The position numbers and the translations under genes are program-made. Below are positions 19,062-34,401 of a stretch of 64,000 nt of DNA, in pieces. Source of the stretch: the human T2T-CHM13v2.0 reference genome, Homo sapiens. The notes under the pieces are model-generated. The model saw only the letters and a program-made list of their open reading frames with translations, did no database searches and was not told the origin of the DNA. The DNA is taken from NCBI RefSeq assembly GCF_009914755.1, contig NC_060929.1; one strand, 5' to 3'. How positions within the stretch are numbered: the stretch's first letter is position 1; each line of letters begins with the position of its first letter.

Positions 19062-20719
19062 CTAGAAGAAACCCTAATATCGTAATACTCTTCTCAATAT
19101 CGGCCTTGGCAAAGAATTTATGGCTAAGCCCTCAGAGGCAATTGCAACAAAAACAAAAACTGACCAATGAGACATAATTATACTAAAGAACTTCTGAACA
19201 GCAAGAGAAACTATCAATAGAGTAAACAGCCTACAGAATGGGAGAAAATATTCCCAAACTATGCCTCCAACAAAGGTCTAATATCCAGAATCTATAAGAA
19301 ACTTCAAACTACAGCAAAAAATAAATAACCCCATTAAAAAGTGGACAAAGGATATGAACATAACAGACACTTCTCAAGAGAAGACATACAAAGGCCAATA
19401 AACATGAAAAAAACGTTCATCAACACTAAGCGTCAGAGAAATGCAAATCAAAACCACAATCAAATACCATGTCACACCAGTCGGAATGGCTTTTGTTAAA
19501 AAGTCAAAAAATAGCAGATGTGCACGAGGCTACAGAAAAAAGGGAATGCTTATACACTATTGGTAGGAATATAAATTAGTTCAGCCACTGTGGAGAGCAG
19601 TTTGGCGCTTTCTCAAAGAACTGAGAGTTAAACTACCATTTGACCCAGCAATCTCACTACTGATTCTTTACCCAAAAGAAAATAAATTGCTCTACCAAAA
19701 AGACACATACTCATATGTTCACAGCAGCACTATTCACAGTAGCAAAGACATGGAATCAACCCAGGTGTCCATCAACAGCAGGCTGCATAAAGAAAAGATG
19801 GTACACATGTACCATGGAATACTACACAGTCATAAAAAAGAATGAAATCATGTCCTTTGCAGTAACATGAATGCAGCTGGAAACCATTATCCTAAGTAAA
19901 CTAACACAGGAACAGAAAATCAAATACTACATGTTCTCACTTCTAAGTGGAAGCTAAACACTGGCTATTCATGAATATAAAGATACCAACAGACAGTGGG
20001 GACTACTTGAAGAGGGAGAGAGGGAGGAGGCAAGGGTTGAAAAACTACTGGGTACTACGCTCACTACCTGGGTGATGGGATCAATCATACCCCAAACCCC
20101 AGCATCAAGCAATATACCCATGCACCAAACCTGCTCATGTATCCCCCGAATCTAAAATAAAAGCTGAAATTATTTTTTTTAAAAAAGAAAGAAGATTTAG
20201 AAAAAAAGAATAAAGTTTTCCATAGGGAAAAATATATAGAAGTCAATTTCTTCCTTATGCTATACACAATAATAAATTTTGGGTGGATTAAATATCTAGC
20301 TGCAAAAAGCAGGAGGTGTTTTCCCCAAGGAAAATTTCTAAAGTCTATGTAGGCAGTTGCCTGCTCAGACTAGAATGTATGTCAACAATTCAGAATTACT
20401 TTTTTGAAGATCCCAATCTCTAGGTACATTTTTAACTGTAATCAAACAACTCATATATGAATGTAAATCTTCTCATTTGCTTATAACCAATAGCAGAGAA
20501 AAGCTTGCATTGGTTTTGAATCACAGAGCTCGTGAGTCAGAGATAGGAGGGTTAGGCTGTGTAAGGACGAAAAAGTGGTATCTGCTCCTCACCCATTACA
20601 AGAGTCAGAGCTGACACTCCTATAGCAAAATGTTAACAAGAGGAAAGCATAGCAAATGTATTTAATAAAAGGTCTACAGGACACGGAAACCTTCAGAAAT
20701 AAAGACCCCAAGACCCAGG

Positions 20720-21255
20720 TGAGAGGTGAAGCTAGCTGGGTCGGGTGGGGACTTGTGGGTCAGGTGGGGACTTGGAGAACTTTTCTGTCTCACAAGAGGA
20801 TTGTAAAATGCACCAATCAGTGCTCTGTAGCTAGGATTGTAAAACACACCAATTAGCTCTCTGTGGCTAGCTAGAGGTTTGTAAAATGGACCGATCAGTG
20901 TTCTGTAAAATGGACCAATCAGCACACTGTAAAATGGACCAATCAGTGCTCTGTAAAATGGACCAATCAGCACTCTGTAAAAGGGACCAATCAGCAGGAC
21001 ATGGGTGGGGACAAATAAAGGAATAAAAGCTGGCCACCCCCGCCCCCGCCCCAGCCAGCAGCAGTAACCCGCCCAGGTCGCGTTAGGCAGTGCGTAAGCT
21101 TTGTTCTTTCCGTCTAAACAATAAATCTTGCTGATGCTCACTCTTTGGGTCCCCACCACCTTTAAGAGCTGTGACACTCACCGTGAAGATCTGCGGCTTT
21201 ATTCTTGAACTCAGCAAGACCACGAACCCACCGGAAAGAACCATCTCTGGACACA
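20720..21255 (+). mobile_element. ERV9 solo LTR, LTR12F-like
   Basis: TGAGAGGTGAAGCTAGCTGG...CTGGACACA termini, tandem CCAATCAG units, GGAATAAAAGC TATA-like box, AATAAA at ~21120. TSD CAGG / CGGG. Confidence 0.92.
20801..21055 (+). promoter_or_regulatory. LTR12 U3 CCAAT (NF-Y) array, TATA-like box and GC boxes
   Basis: Six CCAAT boxes plus one CCGAT variant, mostly in ~24-bp units (TGTAAAATGGACCAATCAGCACTC). AATAAAA at ~21022, then CCCCGCCCCCGCCCC. Activity not shown. Confidence 0.6.
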
Positions 21256-21720
21256 CGGGAAAAACCGTGTGTTTCTATGCTAAATCTGATGAAAGGAGTG
21301 GATAGTTGTGGAGAAACACAATTGGATAAAAGGGTATGACCTAATGCCAGTATACTAGGCGGAGGGGAGGAGAACCTAGCAAGGCTTGTCCGGATTTTTC
21401 TTGGCCTCTCTGTGTGTTGCATTCTTTCCCCTGGATAGGGGACAGGACTCCTCTGTAATGAGGGTTTTCTACCTTCAGGGGAGTGGCGTCTCTAGGTTTT
21501 ATGACTTGCTTTGCGGGAGAGAAGTTGTTTCTATGACTTACGCAGGAAAAGAGGAATTCTTAGGGAAGATAAGAGGAAGAAAGGAGAGTGAGGTGTCAGA
21601 AGGACCTTGCTTCTGAGGCCCTCCCAATCTCCTTCAGTTCAAAGTTTTCAGCACACCAAGGTTACATAGTTTGGGGTACCATGTTTTAAGTCCGAACAGC
21701 CATTAAGAACTCTGGTTCTG

Positions 21721-22215
<495 letters not shown>

Positions 22216-22485
22216 TTAGCTCTCATCATTGAGCCATGGGAGCCAATAAAGACACATGGTCTCAGATGTTGTCTGGGGTCTGCTGAGGAGCAGAAGCTGA
22301 ACACAAGCTCTCCAGGCCCCCTGGGGATGCACCTTTCTCACTCTGGGAATGCTACCAAGAGTCCTGATTTGAAACTTGTCCCTAATTCATATGGCGGCTG
22401 CCCACCTGGCCCTGAAGAACATCCAACAGATGCTTGGAGCTCAGGCCAGGAGTGTGGCAGCCACCTCCTCCTGGGCCCCCGCTGC

Positions 22486-22580
22486 TCTGTCATCTGCCCC
22501 CACCCCCCAGTCTACTCCCAGGTCAGACTTCCCAAATCACAGCTTTCATCAACGATTGCAATTCTCTACTCAAAAACCTG
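22486..22580 (+). repeat. Left arm of 95-bp inverted duplication
   Basis: 87/95 ungapped identity, counted by hand, to the reverse complement of 23938-24345 after removing the AluY and one TSD copy. Confidence 0.92.
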
Positions 22581-22585
22581 TTCCA

Positions 22586-22861
22586 GGCTGGGGACCGTGG
22601 CCTGTAATCCGAATGCCTTGGGAGGCTGAGGTGGGCGGATCACATGAGGCCAGGAGTTCAAGATCAACCTGGGAAACATAGCAAAACCCCATCTCTACAA
22701 AAAGTTCTTAAAAATTAGCCAGGCACAGTGGCACATGCCTGTATTCCTAGCTACTCTGGAGGCTGAGGTGGGAGGACCACTTAAGCCCAGGAGTTTGAGG
22801 TTACAGTGAGCTATGATCACACCACTGCACTCCAAACTAAGTGAGACCTTAAAAAAAAAAA
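22586..22861 (+). mobile_element. AluJ
   Basis: J-type dimer. TSD AAAAACCTGTTCCA. Confidence 0.93.
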
Positions 22862-23244
22862 CCTGTTCCATCTTGTCTTGTGCCTGATATCGAGGGGCTT
22901 CTATAGTATGGCTCCATCTTACTGAACCAATCTTATTTATTCCCCTACTCCACATCATCAAACTTCTCCTTAGACCAATTACTCTTACTCCCTGCTCTGT
23001 GAATATGCCACCCTCACTTCTGCCTCTCAGCATTTCCCCAGCCTGAAGTCTCTCCCAATCCTCTGTCTCCCCAAACTGATCTAGTAGCATAGGTACTGCT
23101 AGAACCTATAGGCAGAATGTCTGGAATCTGTAACCTCCCGAAAGCATTAAAAAGAATAAAATCTAATGTAGAACCCTCTGCTTTTCTTTATTTGTAAAAT
23201 ATTAGGGTGTATATCCACAATACTCATCATACCAAAGCAAATTA

Positions 23245-23526
<282 letters not shown>

Positions 23527-23937
23527 CTAAGCATGACACAAAATTCATCACTCTACATTCTTTATCTGTTGTCGATTCTTTTTCACCACCCCTCCCTTCT
23601 AAAGATTCTTCATTCAATAGAGAAGCAAAGAGCACCTTGCCCAGAACTCTCTCCCCACAGCACCCAGTGTGGTTCTGAGTTATCGTCCTCCAGGGAGAGG
23701 CCCTGTGGGGGATGAGAGACAGACGAGAGGAGACATTATTTTCCAGAGAGGACTGGGACCAGACGCACTGGGAGACGTCAGACTGGCGCTCCTGGCCAAG
23801 TCCTGAGAAGCAAGTGCATTGCGTTGCGTGCGGATACATGATGAAAGCTTCCTAGAGATTCCCGGGAATGAGCATGTCGGAACCTTCCACTGCAGGGCTT
23901 CTGGCTGAGATTTTTGGTGCCATCTTCCCTGACCTTT

Positions 23938-24489
<552 letters not shown>

Positions 24490-24547
24490 CTACGGTACTC
24501 TCACACACATATAAAATCACGTATATTTAAAAAAAAAAAAAAAACTC

Positions 24548-24840
24548 GGCTGGGTGCGGTGGCTAATGCCTGTAATCCCAGCATTTTGGGAGACAGAGAT
24601 CATCTGAAGTCAGGAGTTCAAGACCAGTCTGGCCAACATAGCGAAACCTCGTCTCTACTAAAAATACACAAACTAGCCAGGTGTGGTGGTGCCTGCTTGT
24701 AATCCCAGCTACTCGGGAGGCTGAGGCATGAAAATCGCATGAACCCTGAAAGGCAGAGGTTGCAGTGAGCCGAGATGGTGCCACTGCACTCCAGCCTGGG
24801 CAAAAGTGAGACTCCGACTCAAAAAAAAAAAAAAAAAAAA
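24548..24840 (+). mobile_element. AluS within old L1M 3' fragment
   Basis: Alu dimer with poly(A). Flanks GGAATTTATCCTA and TTTATAATAGCAAAAGATTGGAAACA are L1M-like. Confidence 0.92.
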
Positions 24841-26547
24841 TCATTATTTATAATAGCAAAAGATTGGAAACAGTCTTAAAGTATATCAATGATGGGCAAT
24901 TTAAAATATCATGATGCATCCATAGGACAGAATGCTATTTGCCGTTAGAAAGGTACAGCGCTTCATGTAGCCATGTGGACTGACCTTCAAGGTAGGGGGA
25001 AACCCACAAAATTCAAATTAGCTTACATTGTATGCCACTATTTGTACAATGTGTACAATAAACAAAGGCACAGAATATCTCCCGGAATATACATAAGAAA
25101 CCAGTGAGCCTGAGTGCCTTGCGAGGAAAGTTATGGAATTGATGTCCAAGAGTGGGAGGTAGAGCTACGTTACTCCGTACACCCTTTTTCACTCCTGAAA
25201 ATTCTATCATATGGATATATTTGCCAAAAATAAAACAACTAATTAGTTATAAGATTACATGATCTTTATGAAATGCCAGCAAGGCATCTATAGACAGAAC
25301 AACATACTTTCTTCCCTTTTTTTATTTCTCAGATTTTAAATTTCTTCCTGAAACTTAAAACAAATTAGAAATAAGGAATTTGACCTTCTTGTTAGAGTAT
25401 GTGGGAATAATGCCTGTTGGCCTTTTGGAAGATTAATTTCCTACATCCACTTACACTGCCTAAAGCATATGCCCCAACAGATGAGGGAGAAGCTGGATTG
25501 AGATTTAAATGCTTCCTTGTCTTGTTCCAATACAGGATTACTTAAATTTCAAATCCATGCACTTTAACTTATTGAGTGGAAGTGCCTACTGTCTTCTGGG
25601 TAATAAATTCTGGAGATTGATTTGGTTCTTCTCATATCTTCTAATTTAAAAAGAATAAACTAAAGCAGGGATAACCTTGATTACTTGGGAACAAAGTCCA
25701 ATTTTTTTTAATTTGCCACTACTCTCATCCTTGCCTAAAAATTGGAAGTCCGAAGTGGATACCCTCCACTGAACAGTGACCATTTACATTCCAAGAACAC
25801 TACTAAGGCTGGAGCTGAATATCATGAGTCCTAAAAATTCCAGATTCACTATTCACGATCCCAGAGCTGTAATAAAATATCTCACATGATTCATCATATA
25901 AATATCGCTATTTTAACTCTTCTGTAAGACCTTTTCTAACTATTCCAGCAAAAGCCTCTTCTTCCTTCTTTAAACCCCTGTAATATTATATATAATTACA
26001 GTAATTATTAATATTTTGGTTTTATATCACTTAAAAAATTGGCCATTCACCAGTATACTCAAATATATTTAGATGGCCACTTTTTAGTATTATTACTATT
26101 AATAGTTTCTAGACTGTGATAAAGAGAAATTTTCTGGCTACTTCTGATAGTTCCACATAAAGAAAACAGATATGTTTTCTTCTGCTCTGTATAAAATATC
26201 TCCTGTCTTTCCAGTTACATGTGTCAATAACTCCACCTGCCTTTTTTTACTTAAGTAGTTTTGAGCTGGGTTTCTCTTGAAAAGGCAGGATCCTTGACAG
26301 CTCCCACTCCCACCCTTCTTCTGTTGAACCAGAGGTGCGTGCAGCCACACACAGCTCTCCTTGGAGCCATTCTCCTCACTCAAATCCCAATAAAATAGTC
26401 CCCCAAACACTGATGATAACTTCTACACCTCACTTTGGTTGTTCTTCCTTCAAATTCTGCCTCAGGTGCCTTCCTGGCTTATCCAAGTGAAACTGCAAGG
26501 GACCTAAACCACTTTCAAGCACTGAAGGAAAAGGGTATATTGCAAGA

Positions 26548-27352
26548 GATTAGGGTTGAATTGTGTCACCCAAAAAGATATCCCCATGACCTAACCCCAA
26601 GACCTGTGAATGTGACCTTATTTAGAATTATGGTCCTGCTGGGCCCGGTGGCTCACACCTGTAATCTCAGCACTTTGGGAGGCCGAGGTGGGCAGATCAC
26701 TTCAGGTCAGGAGTTCAAGACCAGCCTGGCAAAACCCCATCTCCACTAAAAATACAAAAATTAACTGGGTGTAGTGGTGCGTGCCTGTGGTCTCAGCTAC
26801 TCAGGAGGCTGAGGGGGAGAATTGCTTGATCCGGGGAGGCAGAGGTTGCAGTGAGCCAAGATCACACCACTGCACTCCAGCCTGGGTGATAGAGCAAGAC
26901 TCCATCTCAAAAAAAAAAAAAAAAAAAAAGAAGAAGAAGAAGAAACAGGGTCTTTACAGATGTAATCAAATTAAGATGAGGTCATTAGTGTGTGTCCTAA
27001 ATCCAACATGATTGGTGTCCATATAAAAAGATAAGAGACACAGATACCCACATATGTAGAGGAAAGACAATGCGAAAAGATGCTGGGAGGATGCCACATT
27101 GCAACAGAGGCAGCGATTGGAGTTCTGCATCTACAAGTCAAGGAATGCCAGCAATTGCCAGCCCTCACCAGAAGCGAGGAGAGGCACGGATGGGACAGAT
27201 TATCTCCCTCAGAGCCCTCAGAAGGAATCAGTCCTGCTGACACCTTGATCTTGGGCTTCCAGCATTCAGAGCTGCGAAAGAATGCGTTTCTGCTGTCTTA
27301 AGGCACCCAGTTTGTAGTACTTTGTGACAGCTGCCCTGAGAGACTCATACAC
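26548..27352 (+). mobile_element. MLT1 (B/C-like) LTR interrupted by AluS (26638-26945)
   Basis: GGGTTGAATTGTGTC...GTGAATGTGACCTTATTTAGAA [Alu] AGGGTCTTTACAGATGTAATCAAATTAAGATGAGGTCA...CCTGCTGACACCTTGAT...ACTCATACA. Confidence 0.82.
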
Positions 27353-27855
27353 AAGGGTGCTGGGCTGCCTTCTCATGCTCAAAGGCAGTATGAACTTGTC
27401 CTTGACTATCACAAGACCAGGTGGCCACACGCAGCCAGGCCCTTGAGCACTGCAGGCTGCCTTCTTTTCCTCTAGGCTCTATTCCCCCTTCCACATCTGC
27501 TTCATTCCTTCCTCTCTCAACACAACTTTCCAGAGGGGCAAGGCCATTCTGTCAACAACTCCATGCTTTGTCTCTTAGAACTTCTGCCACTACATAGAGA
27601 CTGATTCAACTCTGTAAACACTGGGTAAAAAAATCTAGGGAAGGGCCCAATTTGGGTCAAGAGCCCTCTTCAGCCAACCAGTTGTGGCAGGGGAGACATG
27701 ATCACACTGCACAAAATAGTTTCTTGAGCAAATGTGGCAGAAGACATCTTCCAGAAGCTTCTTGAGGAAAGGGACAATGCTTTTAGACTTCGGTGCTACC
27801 TTCTCCCTCATATGCAATCCTTCCCAAGAGTTCCCTCTTCAATCTCTCCCCACCC

Positions 27856-27858
<3 letters not shown>

Positions 27859-27902
<44 letters not shown>
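27859..27902. repeat. (CA)22 microsatellite
   Basis: Uninterrupted CA run of 44 bp. Confidence 0.97.
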
Positions 27903-27903
<1 letters not shown>

Positions 27904-29167
27904 CCTTGAGGTCCTTTGCTTTCTGAAGTATTGTTAGAGAGAGCAAACATTCAACCATACAATGGACAAAAATGTATTCCATTCTATAGAATCTTTTAAG
28001 CTAATCTTAACTTTTTATTATAGCAGTATACCAGACTATATTCTTAGAATTTTATCAATAAGCTAGTGGAATTACATGTGCTAAAAGTTTTTTATAAATC
28101 TTATTACTTAAAAATGTATGCAGCAGGTATTTCTCCGGTCACTATACCTCGATTTTACAACTGTTGATGGCTGCCCTTGTTCCTGGTTTGTGGTTCATGT
28201 TTGCTCAAGCTAAACATGCTCTAAAGATCCACTGGAGGACTCTGCCTTCTTAGTATCAATTCTTCCTGCTCATCTGTTGCAGTCCAAAGCGAATGGAACT
28301 GACATTGTGGATCTGAGGCTCAGGCTTGGCTCTGATGAATATATAACCCTTACCTTACTAGAGGCAGCCGAGTGGAGAGCCATGAATGGTTTTAAGAGAA
28401 TCCATCACCACTACTGACAAATTAACTTAAAGCATGTTCTTCTGACAGAGATTCAATAGCATCACCTTTTAATACAAAGCACAGCTCAGTGATTGGTGGG
28501 CATCCTCGGATGTCAGCTCTACTTCTTTATTTACTGAAGGACAAAACCCAATACATTGAATTAATTGATCACACCATACAACTGAATTCTATGAGGATTT
28601 TGGAAATTTTCCCTACCGTTAATATTGATTAGATCAGTCAAAATAGACTAGATTATGCCACAGTAATAAACAATTCCAAAAATTCATTAACTTTAAACAT
28701 TATTTCTCACCCATGCCCACAACTATTGCAGATTGGCTGGAACTCTGCTCCATGTCATCTGCATTCAGGAACACAGGCTGGCTCACACTCTACCATCTGG
28801 AATGTCACAGATTGCAGTGACAGGAGGAAGGGAACACGGCAAATTGTACTTTAGCTCTTAAGGGATTGATTCTGCCTAGAAGAAACACCTGTCATTTCTG
28901 CTTACATTTAATTGGCCACGTGAGCCACATGACCATTCCTACATCCAAGGGGACATGGAAGTATAATCCTGCCATGCTGGAATATTGGTGAATGTCTGGA
29001 GTCCTCATGTAGCTACAATCCACCTCTCCAGTCACCAAATGATCAGTTCAGTGTTTCTTTCTTGAGCAAAATTCATTTATTCTCTCCCCAGGAGAGACAA
29101 CTCAAAAGTCTCATTCAGTCACGGATCAAGTACCTCTGGGTAATGCATGGTACTATCTTCATCAGGA

Positions 29168-29532
29168 GCATGTTAGTTTGCTAGGGCCCCCATAACAAAA
29201 TACCACAGACCGAGAAGCTTAATAAAACTTTCTCAAAATTTTGGAGGGTGGAAGTCCAAGATCAAGGTATCTTCAGGTTTGGTTTCTCCTGGGTCCGCTC
29301 TTCTTAGCTTGCAGATGGCCGTCTTCTCACCATGTCCTCACATGGCTTATTTTTCTGTGTGCATGCATTACTGATGTCTCTTCCTCTTCTTATAAAGACA
29401 CCAGTCCTATTGGATCAGGGCCCCCCCACTTATGACTTGACTTCATCTTAATGACCTCCTAAAGGCCCTGTCTCCAAATGCACTGGAGGTTAGGGCTCCA
29501 ACATATGAATTTGGGGGGACACAATTCAGCCT
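29168..29532 (-). mobile_element. MLT1B-like solo LTR
   Basis: TTAGTTTGCTAGGGCCCCCATAACAAAATACCACAGAC...ATATGAATTTGGGGGGACACAATTCAGCC. Confidence 0.8.
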
Positions 29533-30128
29533 GTTCAGGTGATACCCAGTCACTAAACTGGGCCTGGGTGTGGCTCCTCTTGTTCTGGAGAGTTATGCAG
29601 TAAAAAGACAAGTTACCTACCCCACACACACCTAACTTACAAAGATGAAACAGGGAACAGATGACTCCAACAAACATTCCTCTTTGGAAAGAGGAAAAAT
29701 GAGAGATATACAGCAGACACTGGCCTTTAGCAACTCTGAAATAGCTTGAACCGATATTGGGAGGTCTACCCTAGGTCTGAGGATGTCAGCTCAGCCCTTA
29801 AATACGCTCTGTGCAAGAAGCCTCATTCTCCATAATTCTCCATGGCCCCAGCTTTCTTTTCCATCATACTATCTGACACATCTAAAGTAGGCATCGGGGA
29901 ATACATTTTGCTTGATGTCCATACAGCTTTCTCAGACCACTTCCAACCCTAAATGTTTGGTGATCCAAGGGTTCTTTTAAGTCTTTAATACTTGGAATCT
30001 CTTTTAATTCAGTCTGGTGATTCCTTTGGAGGTACATCTCTTACAACAACTTAATCTACTTCTTAGCATTGGATTTCAGAAAATTCCAGGTGCCAACAGC
30101 CACATTCATGGTTCCCTTCAAGACATAT

Positions 30129-30702
30129 TGTAATGGATAATATTAGGCATCAACTTGATTGAACTGAAGGATGCCTAGATGGCTGGAAGAGTATTTTTCT
30201 GGGTGTGTCTGTGAGGGTGTTGCCAGAGGAGATTGACATTTGAGTCAGTAGACTGGGAGAAATAGACCCACCCTCAGTGTGAGTGGTACCATCCAGTTTG
30301 CTGCCAGCATGACTAGAACAAAGTAGGCAAAGGAAGGTGGGATTCGTTTGCTTGCTTAGTCTTCTGAATCTTTCTTCTTCCCATGCCAGATGCTCGCTTC
30401 CTTTCCTGCTGCCCTTGGACATCAGACTCCAGGCTCTTCAGCCTTTGGACTCTGGGACTTGCACTGGTGGCCACTCAGTGGGTCTTAAGCCTTTGGCCTC
30501 AGACTCAGGGCTGCGTTGTCAGCTTCCCTGGTTTTAAGGGTTTTGGACTTGGACTGAGACACACAACTGGCTTCTCTCCTCCAGCTTGCAGACAGTCATC
30601 ATGGGACTTCACCTTCTAATTGTGTGAGCCAATTCTTAATAAACTCTGGTTTATATATACATATATCCTATTGTTTCTGTCTCTGTGGAGAACCCTAATA
30701 CA
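30129..30702 (+). mobile_element. HERV-L solo LTR, MLT2A2-like
   Basis: TGTAATGGATAATATTAGG...CTGGGTGTGTCTGTGAGGGTGTTGCCAGAGGAGATTGACATTTGAGTCAGT...GGAGAACCCTAATACA. TSD CATAT / CATGT. Confidence 0.88.
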
Positions 30703-30911
30703 CATGTCTTATGTGGATCTTTACTCTGGTACATGTTAGTCTTTTCAGAGGTTTTAATAATGGTGTGATGGCCATGGAAATATATTCAGTTGAATGGTTT
30801 TTAATAGTAGATATATAGATCATGCCCTTCTCTGCAAAACTCAGTTTTAATATTTTTTATTGCCAAATGGTTCTCTCAATTTTATCCTATACTGTTTGAA
30901 ATCTAAAATCA

Positions 30912-31224
<313 letters not shown>

Positions 31225-33677
31225 TCAGTCAACCTTTCCAACATTGCAATTCTGAAATGCCCCATTAATTCCTGCTTGGACTCCAGCTGATTCTTTCCTG
31301 AACATGTCTTTTGTAATACCTTGTCAAATGCAGCCAATAGAAACCAATGCACATTACTAATATTGTGTTTTCCTGCCTCTTTCCCTAGAGCTATAAATTT
31401 ATTAGCATATAATCTGCCTTCCAAGTCACTGTGGGCAACGTTTTAACCAAAGTTTTTGTCTTTCAGACTTTATAACAGTTTCTTCACTGCCTACCACTTG
31501 TCCTGCAAGCCAATGACAAACTGTAATTTTTTGTTATGTTGGCACCCCACTCCTGGTAGCAATATTTGTATTAGAATAAGCTAAATTATACTAGTAAGAA
31601 ACAACCCCAAAATGTCCATGGCTAGAAATAATAAATAATTCTTTCTGTCTCAAGTTACATGTTCATTATACATCAGCTGGTGGGAAGCACAGAGCAGACT
31701 CAGCTCCACGTCACCTTCACTAATTGATGGAGTTAACCAAAGACTCCACAACCTGGAACTATCATGGCAGGAAGAAGTGAATTTAGTTGCTGCACTAGAT
31801 CTCAAAGACTTCTGCCCACATTTTACTGACCAAATCAAGTCACATTGCCACACCTACTTTCAAGAGGTTGGGAAAGTCTAATCTTACATGTGCCTGGAAA
31901 ATACAGTATCAAAATAGTAAACAGTCCTTATGTTTATCACCGTTTTTTTTTTTTTTTTAGATTGAGGTTCTTAAGAATAAGCTCCAAATGAACTTTCCAC
32001 AAGACTACACCTAAAAAGGGAACACCAATTTTCATCTGTGTTTCTACATGCGTAAGGATACCTAGGACCATTTCCCGACTGATCTTAAAAATGCATGTTC
32101 CACTGGTTTTGAGATGCTATGTAAAACCAGAATTGTGTTTCCTAATAGTTTTTTTTTTTTTTAAGGTGGGTAAAAATTTCAACAGACTTCTTCACTGCAG
32201 AACTACTCAGGAGCATCTCTTGGAGCCAGAATACCTTGAAATACACTTTAGAAAAAAAATGGCTTTCATTTTGAAAAATATAATTCAATAAGTGAACTTA
32301 TTCTGTGTTATATAATAAGTTTTGTTTCTCAGGTGACTTTACCCTGAGATTGGTTCTTGTGGAAGATACGATCCATGATGTCCAAAGAATTACCTATAAC
32401 TAGAGAAGATCTCTCTGTGTGTTGTGGAGCCAGCTTTAGCATGCCAGAGTTACATATGCTGCACTTCTGTGACTTAAGGAGGCATCTGCCGGCTAGTGTA
32501 AAAAGACTTGATGTTTCCATATAGATAATTATCCCATGACAGATTCTCTATGCTGTCTACTTCTGACCATAGATGAGGCAACTGTGTGAGACTGAGCCTC
32601 TTCTCTTCTACACAATGCTGAGGTTGCCCTTTTCAAAGTTCTCTTCCCATAAAGATTACCTTACCATTTGTATTAATGAGATTTTATTCACTTAACAATA
32701 GAAGAAAGGTACACCTATATTCCATAACCTCCATGGGCCTGACCCAAACTCACCTGTGCAGCCTCATTGATTCTAACCTACTCCACACATCTTATCTATT
32801 ACTGGAGGCTTTCTTGGCTTTTGGCCACAGTGTAAGTACCATGTACTGGATTTCTCTATGGAGCACAAGGAGGTTATCTACTCACTTAAAGCTAGTTACC
32901 ATTGTGTTTATGACTTTAGAAATGCACGACTGATTTATCTCCTGATACTAAACTGCATTATGAACAACTTAATGTTTGACACATTTTCCAGAATGAATTT
33001 CCTCTCTTTCTGTTGTCTTGCTTTATTTACTTCAAGAAGAACATCGAGAGCTTACTCAAGAAGGATAATGCTCCATGGTTATGTCTTCTCTGGGAGTTGC
33101 AAACAAGACTCAGTCAGCCTGCCAAGCATATGCATATGGGTATTCCAATGTGAAAGAGAAGCTTCACTGATCAGTGAACAGAATGAACCACAGCTGCTAG
33201 TTTAGATCTGGCTCAAATCAGAAGTTGTGACTTTTGCCATCTCCAAGGGCTGGTTAAAGCTCTGATTCATGCATGAACCACCCAGTCCATATGGGGTGGG
33301 CAACACAGCTTGAGCTGGAACATTCTATTCAAATTTTATTGAGTCCAGGAAAATAGTGCTTCTCATACCAATCCATCCTCATTTTTTGATGATTACATGA
33401 ATAGATGAATAGCATAATTTAAAGCTACATGCTTTTAATCTCTGAAGATACAATCAGATTTGCTTTAGGTAAAATCTGCAGACAGCTGCGAAAAATCACC
33501 CTTCCAACCAAATGACCCATCTTTATCTCTTTTAAATGAAGGCATTAGTCTCTGGCAGTCCCCTACCTTGCATTAATATGCCCTCAGGAATAAGTCATCA
33601 AGCCTATGCTTCTCAAACTTTCCCACTAAGGCACCCCTGACAGACAGTAAGGTGTATTAGTAAGAAGAGAGTATGGG

Positions 33678-34028
33678 TGTATTAGTCCATACCTGAAACT
33701 GGGTAATTTATAAAGGAAAGAGGTTTAATTGACTAACAGTTCGGCATGGCTGGGGAGGCCTCAGGAAACTTAGAATCATTGTGGAAGGCGAAGGAAGCAA
33801 GACACATCTTACATGATGGCAGGAGGTGGTGGAGGGGAACTACCACACTTTAAAACCATCAGCTTCAGCTCTCGTGAGAACTCACTCACTATCACGAGAA
33901 CAGCAAGGGAGAAATCCACCCCCATAATCCTATCATCTCCCACTAGGCCCCTCCTCTGACATATGGGGATTATAATTTGAGATGAGACTTGGGTGGGGAC
34001 ATAGAGCCCATAGAGCCAGACCATACCA
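33678..34028 (-). mobile_element. MSTA/THE1D-type MaLR solo LTR
   Basis: TGTATTAGTCCA...CTGGGTAATTTATAAAGGAAAGAGGTTTAATTGACT...GAGATGAGACTTGGGTGGGGACA...CCATACCA. Confidence 0.85.
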
Positions 34029-34103
34029 AAGGTAGCCAAAAGGGAACCCACTCCATTTCTGAAGAGGGCAGAATTCCTCTGAAGAAGTTCCTCTTTTATC
34101 TTC

Positions 34104-34401
34104 TTTTTTTTTTTTTTTTTTTTTTGAGACAGTCTCGCTCTGTCATCCAGGCTGGAGTGCAGTGGCATGATCTTGGTTCACTGCAACCTCTGTCTCCTGG
34201 GTGCAAGTAATTCTCTACCTCAGCCTCCCGTGTAGCTGGGATTACAGGCACCTGCCGCCATGCCCCACCAATTTTTGTATTTTTAGTAGAGACAGGGTTT
34301 CACCATCTTGGCCAGGCTAGTCTTGAACTCCTGATCTTGTGATCCACCTGCCTTGGCCTCCCAAAGTGCTGGGATTACAGGCATGAGCCACTGCGTCCGG
34401 C
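34104..34401 (-). mobile_element. AluS
   Basis: Poly(T) plus reverse Alu. TSD CTTTTATCTT. Confidence 0.95.

Larger units (their letters stand above)
20560..21698 (-). mobile_element. ERV1 solo LTR, MER39B-like, interrupted by LTR12F
   Basis: Minus strand starts TGTTCGGACTTAAAACATGGTACCCCAAA...TTTGAACTGAAGGAGATTGGGAGGGCCTCAGAAGC and ends ...CCTTACA. Flanks GCTG / GCCA fit a 4-bp TSD GCCG after CpG decay. Confidence 0.7.

Noticed and set aside
20674-21177. 167-aa ORF with repeated LIGPFY units, and a repeat array that superficially looks CRISPR-like
   Set aside because: Antisense translation of the LTR12 24-bp CCAAT tandem units. There are no unique spacers and no cas genes, and the context is eukaryotic.
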